In this document: piece by piece, positions 9,550 to 20,973 of the stretch
Layout: each line of letters opens with the position of its first letter
Numbering within the stretch: the stretch's first letter is position 1
From: an uncultured Thermoleophilia bacterium
GTDB lineage: Bacteria > Actinomycetota > Thermoleophilia > UBA2241
NCBI GenBank assembly: GCA_963702475.1
Contig: CAVPCT010000005.1
Coordinates: forward strand, 480,001 to 544,000
Direction of reading: 5' to 3'
DNA length: 64,000 bases
Position numbers and translations under genes: made by a program
The notes under the pieces: model-generated
Seen by the model: only the letters and a program-made list of their open reading frames with translations
Databases searched by the model: none
What the model was told of the DNA's origin: nothing

Positions 9550-10431
9550 GTGAACCAACTGGACACCCTCGAGGCAAAGAGCGTCCACATCCTGCGCGAG
9601 GCGTACCGCTCCCTTGGCAACGTCTGCATGCTCTGGTCTATCGGCAAGGACAGCACCGTGCTGCTGCACCTGGCGCGCAAGGCCTTCTTCGGCCACGTGC
9701 CGATCCCGCTCGTGCACATCGACACGGCCTACAAGATGCCGGAGATGATCGAGTACCGCGACCGCCTGGCGCTGGAGTGGCACCTCAATCTCGTCGTCGG
9801 CCAGAACCGCGCGGCGCTCGAGCAGAAGGCCACGTTCCCCGACGGCAACGCCGACCGCATCACCTGCTGCCGCAACCTCAAGACGCTGGCTCTGAAGCAC
9901 ACGCTCTCAGGAGAGTGGACGCGGCAGCGCATGGACCACACCCTGGGCCGCCTCGTTGATGACGAGGACCACACGCCGTACACGGGAGTCATCGTCGGCG
10001 TGCGCGCGGACGAAGAGGGCTCGCGCTCCAAGGAGCGCTACTTCTCCCCCAGGGACGTCGAGAACGACTGGAACGTCGACGACCAGCCGCCGGAGCTGTG
10101 GCGCTACTTCAAGACCGACTTCGAGCCGGGCACGCACGTGCGCGTGCACCCGCTGCTCGACTGGACCGAGCTGAACGTGTGGGAGTACATCGAGCGCGAG
10201 AGCATCCCCGTCACCTCGCTGTACTTCGACGACGGCAGCGGCACGCGTTGCCGGTCCCTGGGCTGCTGGCCGTGCACGACGCCGGTGCAGTCCACGGCCA
10301 CCGACGTGGCCGAGATCATCGAAGAGCTGCGCACCGGCAAGTTCAGCAACATCGCCGAGCGCAGCGGCCGGGCTCAGGACAAGGACGACGGCGGCGGCCT
10401 GGAGTCGCTGCGCCGCGGGGGGTACATGTGA
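9550..10431 (+). CDS. cysD: Sulfate adenylyltransferase subunit 2
   Basis: WSIGKDS PP-loop, [37 protein letters not shown]. Confidence 0.95.
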   Translation: MNQLDTLEAKSVHILREAYRSLGNVCMLWSIGKDSTVLLHLARKAFFGHVPIPLVHIDTAYKMPEMIEYRDRLALEWHLNLVVGQNRAALEQKATFPDGNADRITCCRNLKTLALKHTLSGEWTRQRMDHTLGRLVDDEDHTPYTGVIVGVRADEEGSRSKERYFSPRDVENDWNVDDQPPELWRYFKTDFEPGTHVRVHPLLDWTELNVWEYIERESIPVTSLYFDDGSGTRCRSLGCWPCTTPVQSTATDVAEIIEELRTGKFSNIAERSGRAQDKDDGGGLESLRRGGYM

Positions 10432-12242
10432 GCACTCAGCCCAGTTGCCGCCCGCCGCAGACCGACCCGCCGGGCGTCTCGGCCTTCGACCTCGAGCGTC
10501 TCGACATCGTCGCCGTCGGCCACGTGGACCACGGCAAGAGCACCGTCATCGGCCGCCTCATGGCCGATACCGGCTCGCTGCCCGACGGCAAGCTCGACCA
10601 GGTGCGCGCCATGTGCGCCACCAACGCGCGCCCCTTCGAGTATGCCTTCCTTCTGGATGCCCTGAAGAACGAGCAGGCGCAGGGCATCACCATCGACACG
10701 GCGCGTTGCTTCTTCACCACCCCGCGCCGTCACTACATCATCCACGACGCCCCCGGGCACGTGGAGTTCCTCAAGAACATGATCACCGGGGCGTCGCGAG
10801 CGCAGGCTGCGCTGCTCGTCATCGACGCGCACGAGGGCGTCAAGGAGAACAGCAAGCGGCACGGCTACATCCTCAGCATGCTCGGCATCCGCCAGATCAG
10901 CGTGCTCGTCAACAAGATGGACCTCCTGGGCTGGGACGAGGCCGAGTACCAGGCCATCGTGGACGAGTACGCCGACTTCCTCGGACGCCTCGGCGTGCAC
11001 CCGCGAAGCTTCATCCCGGTGAGCGCGCGCGACGGCGACAACATCGTCGAGCGCGCCCTGGCCGCGCCCTGGTACGACGGCCCGACGGTGCTGGAGCAGG
11101 TCGAGGCGTTCGAGCGCCTCGACGACGACCTCGACCGGCCGTTCCGCATGCCCTTGCAGGACGTGTACAAGTTCACGGCGGCCGGCGACGACCGGCGCAT
11201 CTTCGTCGGCACCGTCGAGACCGGCCGCGTGCACCCCGGCGACGACGTCGTCTTTCTCCCGTCGGGCAAGCGCTCGAAGGTCAAGACGATCGAGGCGCTC
11301 TCGGGCCCGCGGCCCGAGGAGGCGTTCGCCGGCCAGGCCACGGGCCTCACGCTCGACACCCAGGTCTACACCAAGCCCGGCGAGCTCATGGTGCGCGCCG
11401 ACCAAGCCGGGCCGCTGGTCGCGACACGCCTGCGCGCCAACGTCTTCTGGATGAACAGCGCACCGCTGGTGCGCGGGCGCAGGTACGTGCTGCGCATGGG
11501 CGCCGCCCGCGTGCCCGTCGAGCTCGAGAGCGTGCTCAGCGTGCTCGACGAGCAGGAGCTGGAGTCCGTCACGGGCGCCGGCCAGGTCGAACGGCACGAC
11601 GTCGCCGAGATCGTGCTGCGGGCCATCCGTCCGGTGGCGTTCGACCCCGCCGACGTCCTGGAGCCGACCTCCCGCTTCGTCATCGTGCACGGCTGGGACA
11701 CGGCCGGCTGCGGCATCGTGATCGAGGGTCTGCCCGACGCGGCCGAGGACTCCGGCGCGGAGCGACGCTTCGCGGGCGGAGACATCGGTCCGGAGGAGCG
11801 CGCGGCGCGCTACGGGCACGCCGGCCGTGCCGTGGTGTTCGTCGCGGAGACGGGTGAGGCGGCGGGCCAGGCGGCGGCGGCCCTGGAGCGCCGGCTCTTC
11901 GACCGCGGCGTGCACTCGTACTGCCTCAGCGCCACCGACCTCGGCGACGACAAGGACGTTCTCGGCCGCGAGGCTCAGCTGCGCCGCCTCGGCGAGATCG
12001 CCTGGGCCATGACCGACGCCGGCGTCGTGCTGGTGGCGGCGCTCGGCGACATGGACCGCTTCGACCTCGAGCACCTCAAAGCGCTCGCCGCCCCGCACGA
12101 GGTCTACGTGATCGGCACCGGCGAGTCCGGCGACCTGCAGGCCGACCTCGAGCTTCCGGCCTCGCTGTCCGTGGACGAGGCGGCGGAGCAGGCGCTGAGC
12201 GCCCTCGCCGCCGCCGGCGTGGTGTCCGGGCTGCCTGCCTGA
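10428..12242 (+). CDS. cysN: Sulfate adenylyltransferase subunit 1 (GTPase) with degenerate APS-kinase-like C-terminal domain
   Basis: [30 protein letters not shown] start overlaps the cysD stop. Confidence 0.92.
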   Translation: MSTQPSCRPPQTDPPGVSAFDLERLDIVAVGHVDHGKSTVIGRLMADTGSLPDGKLDQVRAMCATNARPFEYAFLLDALKNEQAQGITIDTARCFFTTPRRHYIIHDAPGHVEFLKNMITGASRAQAALLVIDAHEGVKENSKRHGYILSMLGIRQISVLVNKMDLLGWDEAEYQAIVDEYADFLGRLGVHPRSFIPVSARDGDNIVERALAAPWYDGPTVLEQVEAFERLDDDLDRPFRMPLQDVYKFTAAGDDRRIFVGTVETGRVHPGDDVVFLPSGKRSKVKTIEALSGPRPEEAFAGQATGLTLDTQVYTKPGELMVRADQAGPLVATRLRANVFWMNSAPLVRGRRYVLRMGAARVPVELESVLSVLDEQELESVTGAGQVERHDVAEIVLRAIRPVAFDPADVLEPTSRFVIVHGWDTAGCGIVIEGLPDAAEDSGAERRFAGGDIGPEERAARYGHAGRAVVFVAETGEAAGQAAAALERRLFDRGVHSYCLSATDLGDDKDVLGREAQLRRLGEIAWAMTDAGVVLVAALGDMDRFDLEHLKALAAPHEVYVIGTGESGDLQADLELPASLSVDEAAEQALSALAAAGVVSGLPA

Positions 12243-12343
12243 ACCGTGCTGTTCGAAGGGGGGCGTGCCTGCGACGCGCCGCCCCGGATTCACCCACGCT
12301 TTTTCGGTGGCGGCGCAGACGGCCCCCGGGGTACCTTGGGTGC

Positions 12344-13480
12344 ATGGAGACGACCGGGGGCATCTCGACCGCGCATCCCCTCCCCTCCCGGGAAGAGATG
12401 CTCGCCGCGCTGTACGACCGGGACGCGTCGTGCGACGCGCTCTTCTACGCCGCTGTGACGACCACCGGCGTCTTCTGCCGCCCGTCGTGCCCGGCACGCG
12501 ACCCGCGCCCCGAGCACGTCGAGTTCTACGCCACGGCCCGCGAAGCGCTGCTGGCAGGCTTCCGGCCCTGCCGCCGGTGCCGGCCGCTGGAGATCGCGGC
12601 GGGCGCCCCGCCGTGGGTGGCGGCGCTCATCGCCCGCGTGGAGGCCGACCCGTCGGCGCGCATCAGCGACGCGGACCTGCGCGCCGAGGGCCTCGACCCC
12701 GCCGCCGTGCGGCGTCACTTCAAGCAGACGCTCGGCATGACCTTCCAGGCGTACTCGCGCTCGCGACGGCTCGGGGCAGCCTTCGCCGCCCTGCGCTCCG
12801 GTACGTCGCTCGACGAGGTCGTGTTCGAGCACGGCTGGTCGTCACACTCGGGCTTCCGCGACGCCTTTCAGCGCGCCACTGGAGCGCCGCCGGGCGCGGC
12901 CGCGCGACGCGACCGCCGCGCCGGCACCACAGGACCCGACGTGGTCGCAGACCCCGTGCGGCTGGCCTGGATCGACACGCCGCTGGGGACGATGATCGCC
13001 GGCGCCACGAGCGACGCCCTCTGTCTGCTCGAGTTCCTGGACCAGCGGATGATGGAGGCCCGGCTGGAGACCCTCAGCCGCCGCACGGGGAGGCCGGTCA
13101 TCGCCGGCGAGACCTCGCTGCTCGCCGCGCTGCGCGAGCAGCTCACAGAGTACTTCGCCGGCACGCGGCACGACTTCGACCTGCCGCTGGACTGCCCGGG
13201 CTCGCCGTTCCAGCGACGCGTCTGGCACGGCCTGCGCCGCATCCCCTACGGCGAGACCCGCACTTACGGCGAGCTGGCGCGAGAGATCGGCGCGCCCGGC
13301 GCGGCCCGCGCCGTCGGCCGCGCCAACGGGCTGAACCGGATCGCCGTCGTCATCCCCTGCCACCGGGTCGTGGCGGCCGGCGGCGGCCTCGGCGGCTACG
13401 GCGGCGGGCTCTGGCGTAAGCTCCGACTGCTGGAGACCGAGGGGGCGCTGCCGGGACCCGGTCAGTCCGCCCTCAGGTAG
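12344..13480 (+). CDS. ada: Bifunctional transcriptional activator / O6-methylguanine-DNA methyltransferase
   Basis: Ada Zn domain (FCRPSC, RPCRRC), AraC HTH, IPCHRV active site. Confidence 0.93.
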   Translation: METTGGISTAHPLPSREEMLAALYDRDASCDALFYAAVTTTGVFCRPSCPARDPRPEHVEFYATAREALLAGFRPCRRCRPLEIAAGAPPWVAALIARVEADPSARISDADLRAEGLDPAAVRRHFKQTLGMTFQAYSRSRRLGAAFAALRSGTSLDEVVFEHGWSSHSGFRDAFQRATGAPPGAAARRDRRAGTTGPDVVADPVRLAWIDTPLGTMIAGATSDALCLLEFLDQRMMEARLETLSRRTGRPVIAGETSLLAALREQLTEYFAGTRHDFDLPLDCPGSPFQRRVWHGLRRIPYGETRTYGELAREIGAPGAARAVGRANGLNRIAVVIPCHRVVAAGGGLGGYGGGLWRKLRLLETEGALPGPGQSALR

Positions 13481-13546
13481 CCGGCGCCGCTCCCGGGGAT
13501 ACTGAGAGCGAAGCGCGCCGCCGGCGCGCCGGGAGACGGGGGCCGC

Positions 13547-14428
13547 GTGGACGACCGGGTCGCCTTCTACGCCCGCTGGGCCTGGCGCAGCGTCGTCCTC
13601 CGCGACGTGCGACCACTCATCTACGGCGTGGCGCTCACCGACCGCTGCAACCTCCGTTGCCGGGGCTGCGCCATCCCGGGCGCGGAGCGCCCCGACATCA
13701 GCTGGAGCGAGCTGGAGGCCCTGCTGGGCGACGCCCGCCGCCGCGGGTTCCGCGAGGTCTACTACAGCGGCGGCGAACCGCTGCTGTGGCGAGACGGCGG
13801 GCGCACCCTCGACGACGCCGTCCTGCTCGCCCGCCGTCTCGGCTTCTACCACGTCCACGTGTACACGAACGGCACCCTCGGTCTGGCTACGCCGGCGGAC
13901 CTCGTCTGGGTGAGCATGGACGGCCTCCCCGGCACCTTCGAGCGCCGGCGCGGCGACCACTTCGCGGAGGTGGAGGCGGCCGTCCGCGAGCCCGGGCACC
14001 CCAAGGCCGCGGTCCTCTACGTGATCGACAGGGCCACGCGGCACGGCGTCGAGCCCTTCCTTCGCTGGGTGCGCGACACGCGGCTGCCGGTGCTGGGCGT
14101 GATGTTCTACGTGCACACGCCGTACTACGGCTACGACGACCTGTTCCTCGACGCGCGCGAGCGCGCGCACGCGATCGATCTCGTCCTGGGCTGCCTCGAC
14201 CAGGGACTCCCCGTCCTCAACTCGCGCGCCGGGTTGCTCGCGCTGCGGTCCGGCGCCTGGGCGAGACGCACGCCGGCGGCGGCCGTCGCCGACGTGGACG
14301 GCGAGTCGGTGTGTTGCCGGGCGCCGGACTGGTGCTGCGCGGACTGCGGGTACGCAGCATGCACGGAGATCGTCGAGGCGCTCCGCCTGCGGCCGAGCGC
14401 AGTGCTGGCGATGACGAGGTACTGGTGA
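13547..14428 (+). CDS. Radical SAM protein with C-terminal Cys cluster
   Basis: CNLRCRGC, SGGEP, YTNG; C-terminal CCR...CCADCGYAAC. Confidence 0.88.
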   Translation: MDDRVAFYARWAWRSVVLRDVRPLIYGVALTDRCNLRCRGCAIPGAERPDISWSELEALLGDARRRGFREVYYSGGEPLLWRDGGRTLDDAVLLARRLGFYHVHVYTNGTLGLATPADLVWVSMDGLPGTFERRRGDHFAEVEAAVREPGHPKAAVLYVIDRATRHGVEPFLRWVRDTRLPVLGVMFYVHTPYYGYDDLFLDARERAHAIDLVLGCLDQGLPVLNSRAGLLALRSGAWARRTPAAAVADVDGESVCCRAPDWCCADCGYAACTEIVEALRLRPSAVLAMTRYW

Positions 14429-15720
14429 GCACGGCCGGACACGGCGCGGCGCGTCTGGTCACCAGAGCCGCACGCCGCCACCTCGTCGGGCCCGGACAGC
14501 CTTGGGTGTTCCGGCCGCCGGAGCCGGGCTACGTGCCTTCCCCTGTCGCGCGCACATCGCTGTACCTGCACGTGCCTTTCTGTCGCAACGCCTGCCCGTA
14601 CTGCCCCTACACCAAGGTCGCCTACCGACCGGAGCTGGTGCCGGGGTGGCGGGACGCGGCCCTCGCCGAGGCCGAGTGGTGGGCGCGCAGCGTCGGCCCG
14701 GCGGAGGTGACCAGCATCTACGTGGGTGGAGGCACGCCCACGCTCGCGCTGGAGGCGGTGGCGGCGGTGCTCGACGGCCTCCGCCGGCTGTTCCGCGTCG
14801 GCGGCGACGTGTGCGTGGAGACGAGCCCGGCCGACGTCGACGCCGGGCTCGTCCCCCGCCTGCACGAGGCGGGCGTGACCATGGTGTCGCTCGGGGTGCA
14901 GTCCTTCGTGGAGCGCCACCTGCAGGCCATCGGGCGCCGGTACGGCCCGGCGGACGCAGAAGAGGCTCTGGACCGGCTGGCCGGCGGCGGCTTCGCGGCC
15001 GTGAACGCCGACATCCTGTTCGCCCTGCCCGGCCAGACGGCGGACGACGTGGTCGCCGACCTGCGACACGCCGCCGCCCTCGGCGCCGACCAGGTCACCA
15101 CCTACCCGCTGTTCACGTTCCCCTACACCGACGTCGGCCGGTACCTGCGCCTGCACGGCGTGCGCCTGCCCGACCTGCGCACGCGCCGCGAGCACTACCG
15201 CGCGATCTGCGCCTGGGCGCGTGCGGAGGGCTTCGAACGAGTGTCGGTGTGGGGGTTCCGCCGCGGCTCCGCGCCGCGCTACTCGTCGGTGACGCGCGAC
15301 GGGTACATCGGCATAGGGCCGGGGGCCGGTTCACACCTCCCCGACGGCTTCGTGCTCGACACATTCGACCTGGACGCGTGGCGCGACGCCTGTCTGGCGG
15401 GCGGCGGCGCGCTCGCGCTGCGGCTGCCGTTCGCGGCCCACATGAGCGGCTGGTGGTGGCTGTACTGGCGCGTGTACGACACGCGCATCCCCGACGCCGG
15501 CCTGGATCCGCTGCTGGGTCCGGACGCCGCCAAGGCGCGACGCTGGCTGCGCGGCCTGCAGGCCGCCGCGCTCGTGCGCCGTCGCGGCGGCGCCTGGGAG
15601 TTGACGGACGAGGGCGCGTTCTGGCTGCACCTCGCCCAGAACCACTTCGCCCTCGCCTACGTGGACCGTCTGTGGACGGCCGGGCGGCGCGAGCCGTGGC
15701 CGGCGGCGGTCGCGCTGTGA
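14425..15720 (+). CDS. HemN-like radical SAM protein
   Basis: LYLHVPFCRNACPYC, SIYVGGGTPT, SLGVQSF, YIGIGPGAGS; GTGA overlap with the upstream gene. Confidence 0.88.
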   Translation: MSTAGHGAARLVTRAARRHLVGPGQPWVFRPPEPGYVPSPVARTSLYLHVPFCRNACPYCPYTKVAYRPELVPGWRDAALAEAEWWARSVGPAEVTSIYVGGGTPTLALEAVAAVLDGLRRLFRVGGDVCVETSPADVDAGLVPRLHEAGVTMVSLGVQSFVERHLQAIGRRYGPADAEEALDRLAGGGFAAVNADILFALPGQTADDVVADLRHAAALGADQVTTYPLFTFPYTDVGRYLRLHGVRLPDLRTRREHYRAICAWARAEGFERVSVWGFRRGSAPRYSSVTRDGYIGIGPGAGSHLPDGFVLDTFDLDAWRDACLAGGGALALRLPFAAHMSGWWWLYWRVYDTRIPDAGLDPLLGPDAAKARRWLRGLQAAALVRRRGGAWELTDEGAFWLHLAQNHFALAYVDRLWTAGRREPWPAAVAL

Positions 15721-15898
15721 AGGGGGAGGGCACGGGCTGCGCACGGCGCGGCGCGAGCTGTGGCCGGCGGCGGTCGCGCGCGGAGCGCCGGATGGCCCGA
15801 GCCGGCGCAGGCTGCGGCCACACACGCTTCGGGCCGCACACCGCGGGACGTCCGCACGTCCCTCGCCCACGCGGCGAGTCACACTGGGGAGGTCGGAG

Positions 15899-16387
15899 AT
15901 GAGACGACGAGGGACGAAGCGGAGCCTGGCGGCCGCGACGCTGGCGGCCGTGACGGTCGCGGTCATCGCGACCCTCGGTCTGGCGATGTCGGGGTGCGGC
16001 GGCTCCGAGAGCTCTGACGTCGCGTCGCCGGCACCCACGGACACCGCCTCCCTGCCCGCGGGCGGCGCGGCCGGCGGCACCAAGCTGGCGCCCGGCCTGT
16101 ACGATCTCGAGGACGGCACGGTGCAGGCGGTCGGCACAGTCGAGTACCGCGACCTCGAGGGCGGCTTCTGGGCCGTCGTCGGCGGCACACAGGCCGAGGG
16201 CGACGAGGGCGAAGTGGTCGCGGTCATCGTCAACGGTGACGAGTTCGCCGACGAGTTCCGCGCCAACGAAGGCATGTCGTTCGTGATCGACGGCGAGCGC
16301 GCGGGCGAAGCCTCGATCCGCATGGCCGGGCCGGAGATCACCGCCACGGGCGTCACGCTCGCCGCCGAGGGCGGCCCCGCGGACTGA
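15899..16387 (+). CDS. Hypothetical lipoprotein
   Basis: Lipobox MSGC; GTVEYRDLEGGFWAV motif; GGAGG RBS. Confidence 0.75.
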   Translation: MRRRGTKRSLAAATLAAVTVAVIATLGLAMSGCGGSESSDVASPAPTDTASLPAGGAAGGTKLAPGLYDLEDGTVQAVGTVEYRDLEGGFWAVVGGTQAEGDEGEVVAVIVNGDEFADEFRANEGMSFVIDGERAGEASIRMAGPEITATGVTLAAEGGPAD

Positions 16388-16635
16388 CGCCGGCGGCGCC
16401 GAGACCGGCGGCGCCCGCCACTCCGCGCTCGCCGGTGAATCCGTCATCCTGACGGTAGACATCAGTTCGATGGCGAGACATTTGCCTCCGTATGCACTAA
16501 ACTGTGCCGCGGGCCGGTCAGAGGCTCAGGAGTTGGCGGCGTGACCATAAGCTGGACCGCCGGCGTGTACAGCGGTCAGTCGGTGGTCACGTCGTTCAGT
16601 TAAAAGCCCTGCGGGGGCGGAAAAGGATGCGTCAA

Positions 16636-16839
16636 ATGGCAGAAGGCACCGTCAAGTGGTTCAACGCGGCCAAGGGGTATGGCTTCATTTCGCGGGAGGA
16701 TGGTGACGACCTGTTCGTGCACTTCCGCGAGATCCAGGAGGATGGTTTCCGCACCCTGGACGAGGGCCAGAGGGTCTCGTTCGATGTCACTCAGGGCCAG
16801 AACGGCAAGATGCAGGCGAGCAACGTCCGCAAGGTCTGA
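16636..16839 (+). CDS. cspA: Cold-shock protein
   Basis: [20 protein letters not shown] (RNP1/RNP2). A likely -10 TAAACT at 16498 would give a long 5' UTR. Confidence 0.97.
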   Translation: MAEGTVKWFNAAKGYGFISREDGDDLFVHFREIQEDGFRTLDEGQRVSFDVTQGQNGKMQASNVRKV

Positions 16840-16863
16840 CGCCGTTACGTCATCTGCGGTTTC

Positions 16864-16899
16864 GCACGAAAGGCGGCCCCTCGGGGCCGCCTTTCGTGT
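16864..16899 (+). terminator. Intrinsic terminator after csp
   Basis: CACGAAAGGCGGCCCC-TC-GGGGCCGCCTTTCGTG inverted repeat. Confidence 0.75.
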
Positions 16900-16942
16900 G
16901 TCCGGGGCCGACGACGACGCCGCGGTCGGATAGCATCGCGCC

Positions 16943-17659
16943 GTGAGGCTCTCCCGCACCCCCATCGACGCGCTCACCGTGGACGGCCTGCGCTTCGAGG
17001 TGCGCTGGAGCAGGCGCCGGCGCACGATCGGTCTCACCGTCGCCCGGGACGGCGGGTTGCGCGCACTGGCGCCCGCCGGCACCCCCACCCGCCGGCTCGA
17101 GCAGGTCGTGCGCGACAAGCTGCCGTGGGTGCGGCGCAAGCTCGCCGAGCTCGAGGCCATGGGGCCGCCTGCGGCGGCCCCGGTCCTCGTGGACGGCGAG
17201 CGCCTCCCGTACCTGGGGCGTTCCCACACGCTGCGCCTCGTCGACGGACCGGCCGCGCCCTTCGCCCTGCGGCGCGGCCGCTTCGAGCTCGATCGCGCCC
17301 TGGACGGAGACGCGCGCCCGGCCGTCGTGCGCTGGTACACGGCGCGCGGGCAGGCGCACTTTGAAGCCCGCGTCGCCCACTTCGCCCCGCTCGTCGGCGC
17401 CACCCCGGCCGCCGTGGTGGTGCGCGACCTCGGGACACGCCGCTGGGGAGTGTGCGACGGCCGGCGGCGCGTGATCACCTTCCACTGGGAGCTCGTGCTG
17501 CAGGCGCTCGACGCCGTGGACTACGTGGTCGTGCACGAGCTCGCGCACCTGCACGAGCCGAACCACCAGGCGGCGTTCTGGCGCCACGTGGAGGCCGTGC
17601 TGCCGGACTGGAAGGCACGGCGGGCGCTGCTCACAGGGGTCGGCCGGCGCGTCGTCTGA
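16943..17659 (+). CDS. SprT/DUF45 (YgjP-like) zinc metallohydrolase
   Basis: RWGVC, DYVVVHELAH, NHQAAFW; TAGCAT -10 six nt before GTG (leaderless). Confidence 0.88.
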   Translation: MRLSRTPIDALTVDGLRFEVRWSRRRRTIGLTVARDGGLRALAPAGTPTRRLEQVVRDKLPWVRRKLAELEAMGPPAAAPVLVDGERLPYLGRSHTLRLVDGPAAPFALRRGRFELDRALDGDARPAVVRWYTARGQAHFEARVAHFAPLVGATPAAVVVRDLGTRRWGVCDGRRRVITFHWELVLQALDAVDYVVVHELAHLHEPNHQAAFWRHVEAVLPDWKARRALLTGVGRRVV

Positions 17660-17729
17660 GCGGCGCGCGTCGGAGCGGGCGCGCCGCGGGCGCCGCTCTC
17701 CCCGGTCGCCGCCACCCGCCGGGAACCGC

Positions 17730-18197
17730 TCAGCCGGCGGCCCTGACCTCGTCGTGCCGCCGCCCCCAGAGGATGCGGCGGCGGCGCTTCTCTGAGCCGC
17801 GCCGCCGCACCTCGATGCCGGCGAGGTAGTCGAAGACCATCTCGACCCGGTCGCCGGCGACGCTCCAGATGTGGATGAAGGGCAGCGGCATCACCTCCCA
17901 CGCGCCGCGCGGGCGCGTGCGGAACCTGCCGCCGACCACCAGGCGCGAGCGCCTCTCGGAGAAGGCCCAGATGCGCAGGTCCACGCCGGTGATCTCCCAG
18001 TGCGACGGCAGGGCGGCGGCGAACAGCTCCATGGCCACCACCTCGCGAGTGGCGTACACGCCGCCGCCCCCGCCGACGTCGCACACGACCCACTCGGGCG
18101 GGTCGTCCTGTTCCTGGTGGAACATGGCCAGCACGTCGCGGGGGGCGCCGGGGCCGACCGCCCGGTAGCCACGGCGGATGCGTTCAAGCGCGTCCAT
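17730..18197 (-). CDS. SnoaL/NTF2-like protein
   Basis: ERIRRGY..., LPFIHIWSVAGDRV pattern typical of SnoaL-like folds. Confidence 0.6.
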   Translation of the reverse strand: MDALERIRRGYRAVGPGAPRDVLAMFHQEQDDPPEWVVCDVGGGGGVYATREVVAMELFAAALPSHWEITGVDLRIWAFSERRSRLVVGGRFRTRPRGAWEVMPLPFIHIWSVAGDRVEMVFDYLAGIEVRRRGSEKRRRRILWGRRHDEVRAAG

Positions 18198-18280
18198 ACC
18201 GGCGTTTTCCCCGCCCCCGCGGCTGTGGTATCCTCTGCCTCCCGCGGGGCGCACGGCCTCGCCGCGCGCGCCGCGCCCGT

Positions 18281-18355
18281 GGGCGATTAGCTCAGTGGGA
18301 GAGCGCCCGCCTCACACGCGGGAGGTCGTTGGTTCAAATCCAACATCGCCCACCA
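18281..18355 (+). tRNA. tRNA-Val(CAC)
   Basis: Complete cloverleaf GGGCGAT-TAGCTCAG...CCCGC-CTCACAC-GCGGG...TTCAAATC...ATCGCCC-A-CCA. Confidence 0.97.
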
Positions 18356-18500
18356 CCGCCTCCCTGCACTTCCCGCCAGTCGCCTCGACGCCCGCGCACT
18401 GGACCTCGAGCGCGAGGCAGCACCAGACTGCCTTCCCCGCTTGTTCCGCATCGTGGACGGCACGACATCCTCTCGCACCGACGGCTCTAGCACAATGACT

Positions 18501-18513
18501 TCCGCATTGCGGA
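18501..18513. promoter_or_regulatory. Palindrome upstream of acs (possible IclR-type operator)
   Basis: TCCGCA-T-TGCGGA; an imperfect CRP-like TGTGA-N6-TCCCG lies at 18557-18572. Confidence 0.35.
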
Positions 18514-18790
18514 CACCTCGACGCATGTGCCACCCCGAGGCAGCTGCTTCGTCCACTGTGATGAACCTCCCGCAAGGGCTTGCTTTCCGGCGCGCATATC
18601 ACTAACCTCAGCGATTGGCCATGCCCCTCATGTTCGAGGCGCGCACCGCCGTCGAAGTGACCGCTTGTTCCGCATGACGGTCACCGGCGCGCCGGTCGAG
18701 GAGAGTTCCCCACGACCCCGGTCCGGGCACCGCCACGGGACAGTGCATATCCACGACGAACCGCTGAACGGTTCATGGGAGGTGAACAGG

Positions 18791-20743
<1,953 letters not shown>

Positions 20744-20973
20744 TCGGCGCCGCGCGCTGACGAGAGTCACGGAGAGGGCCGGCGGCCGCAGGGTCGCCGG
20801 CCCTCTCCGCGTTCCGGACCGCTCGCGGCGGGATGACCCCGGGCGCCTCCCGGCGTAGAGTAGGAAGGGTCCCCCGCGAGTGACCCTGCCGCGCCGTGCG
20901 CTGCCCCCCGCACGACGCGCGCACCGCTTCGCGCGGGACCCTGCGGACAATCACGGACGACGGGACGTACATC

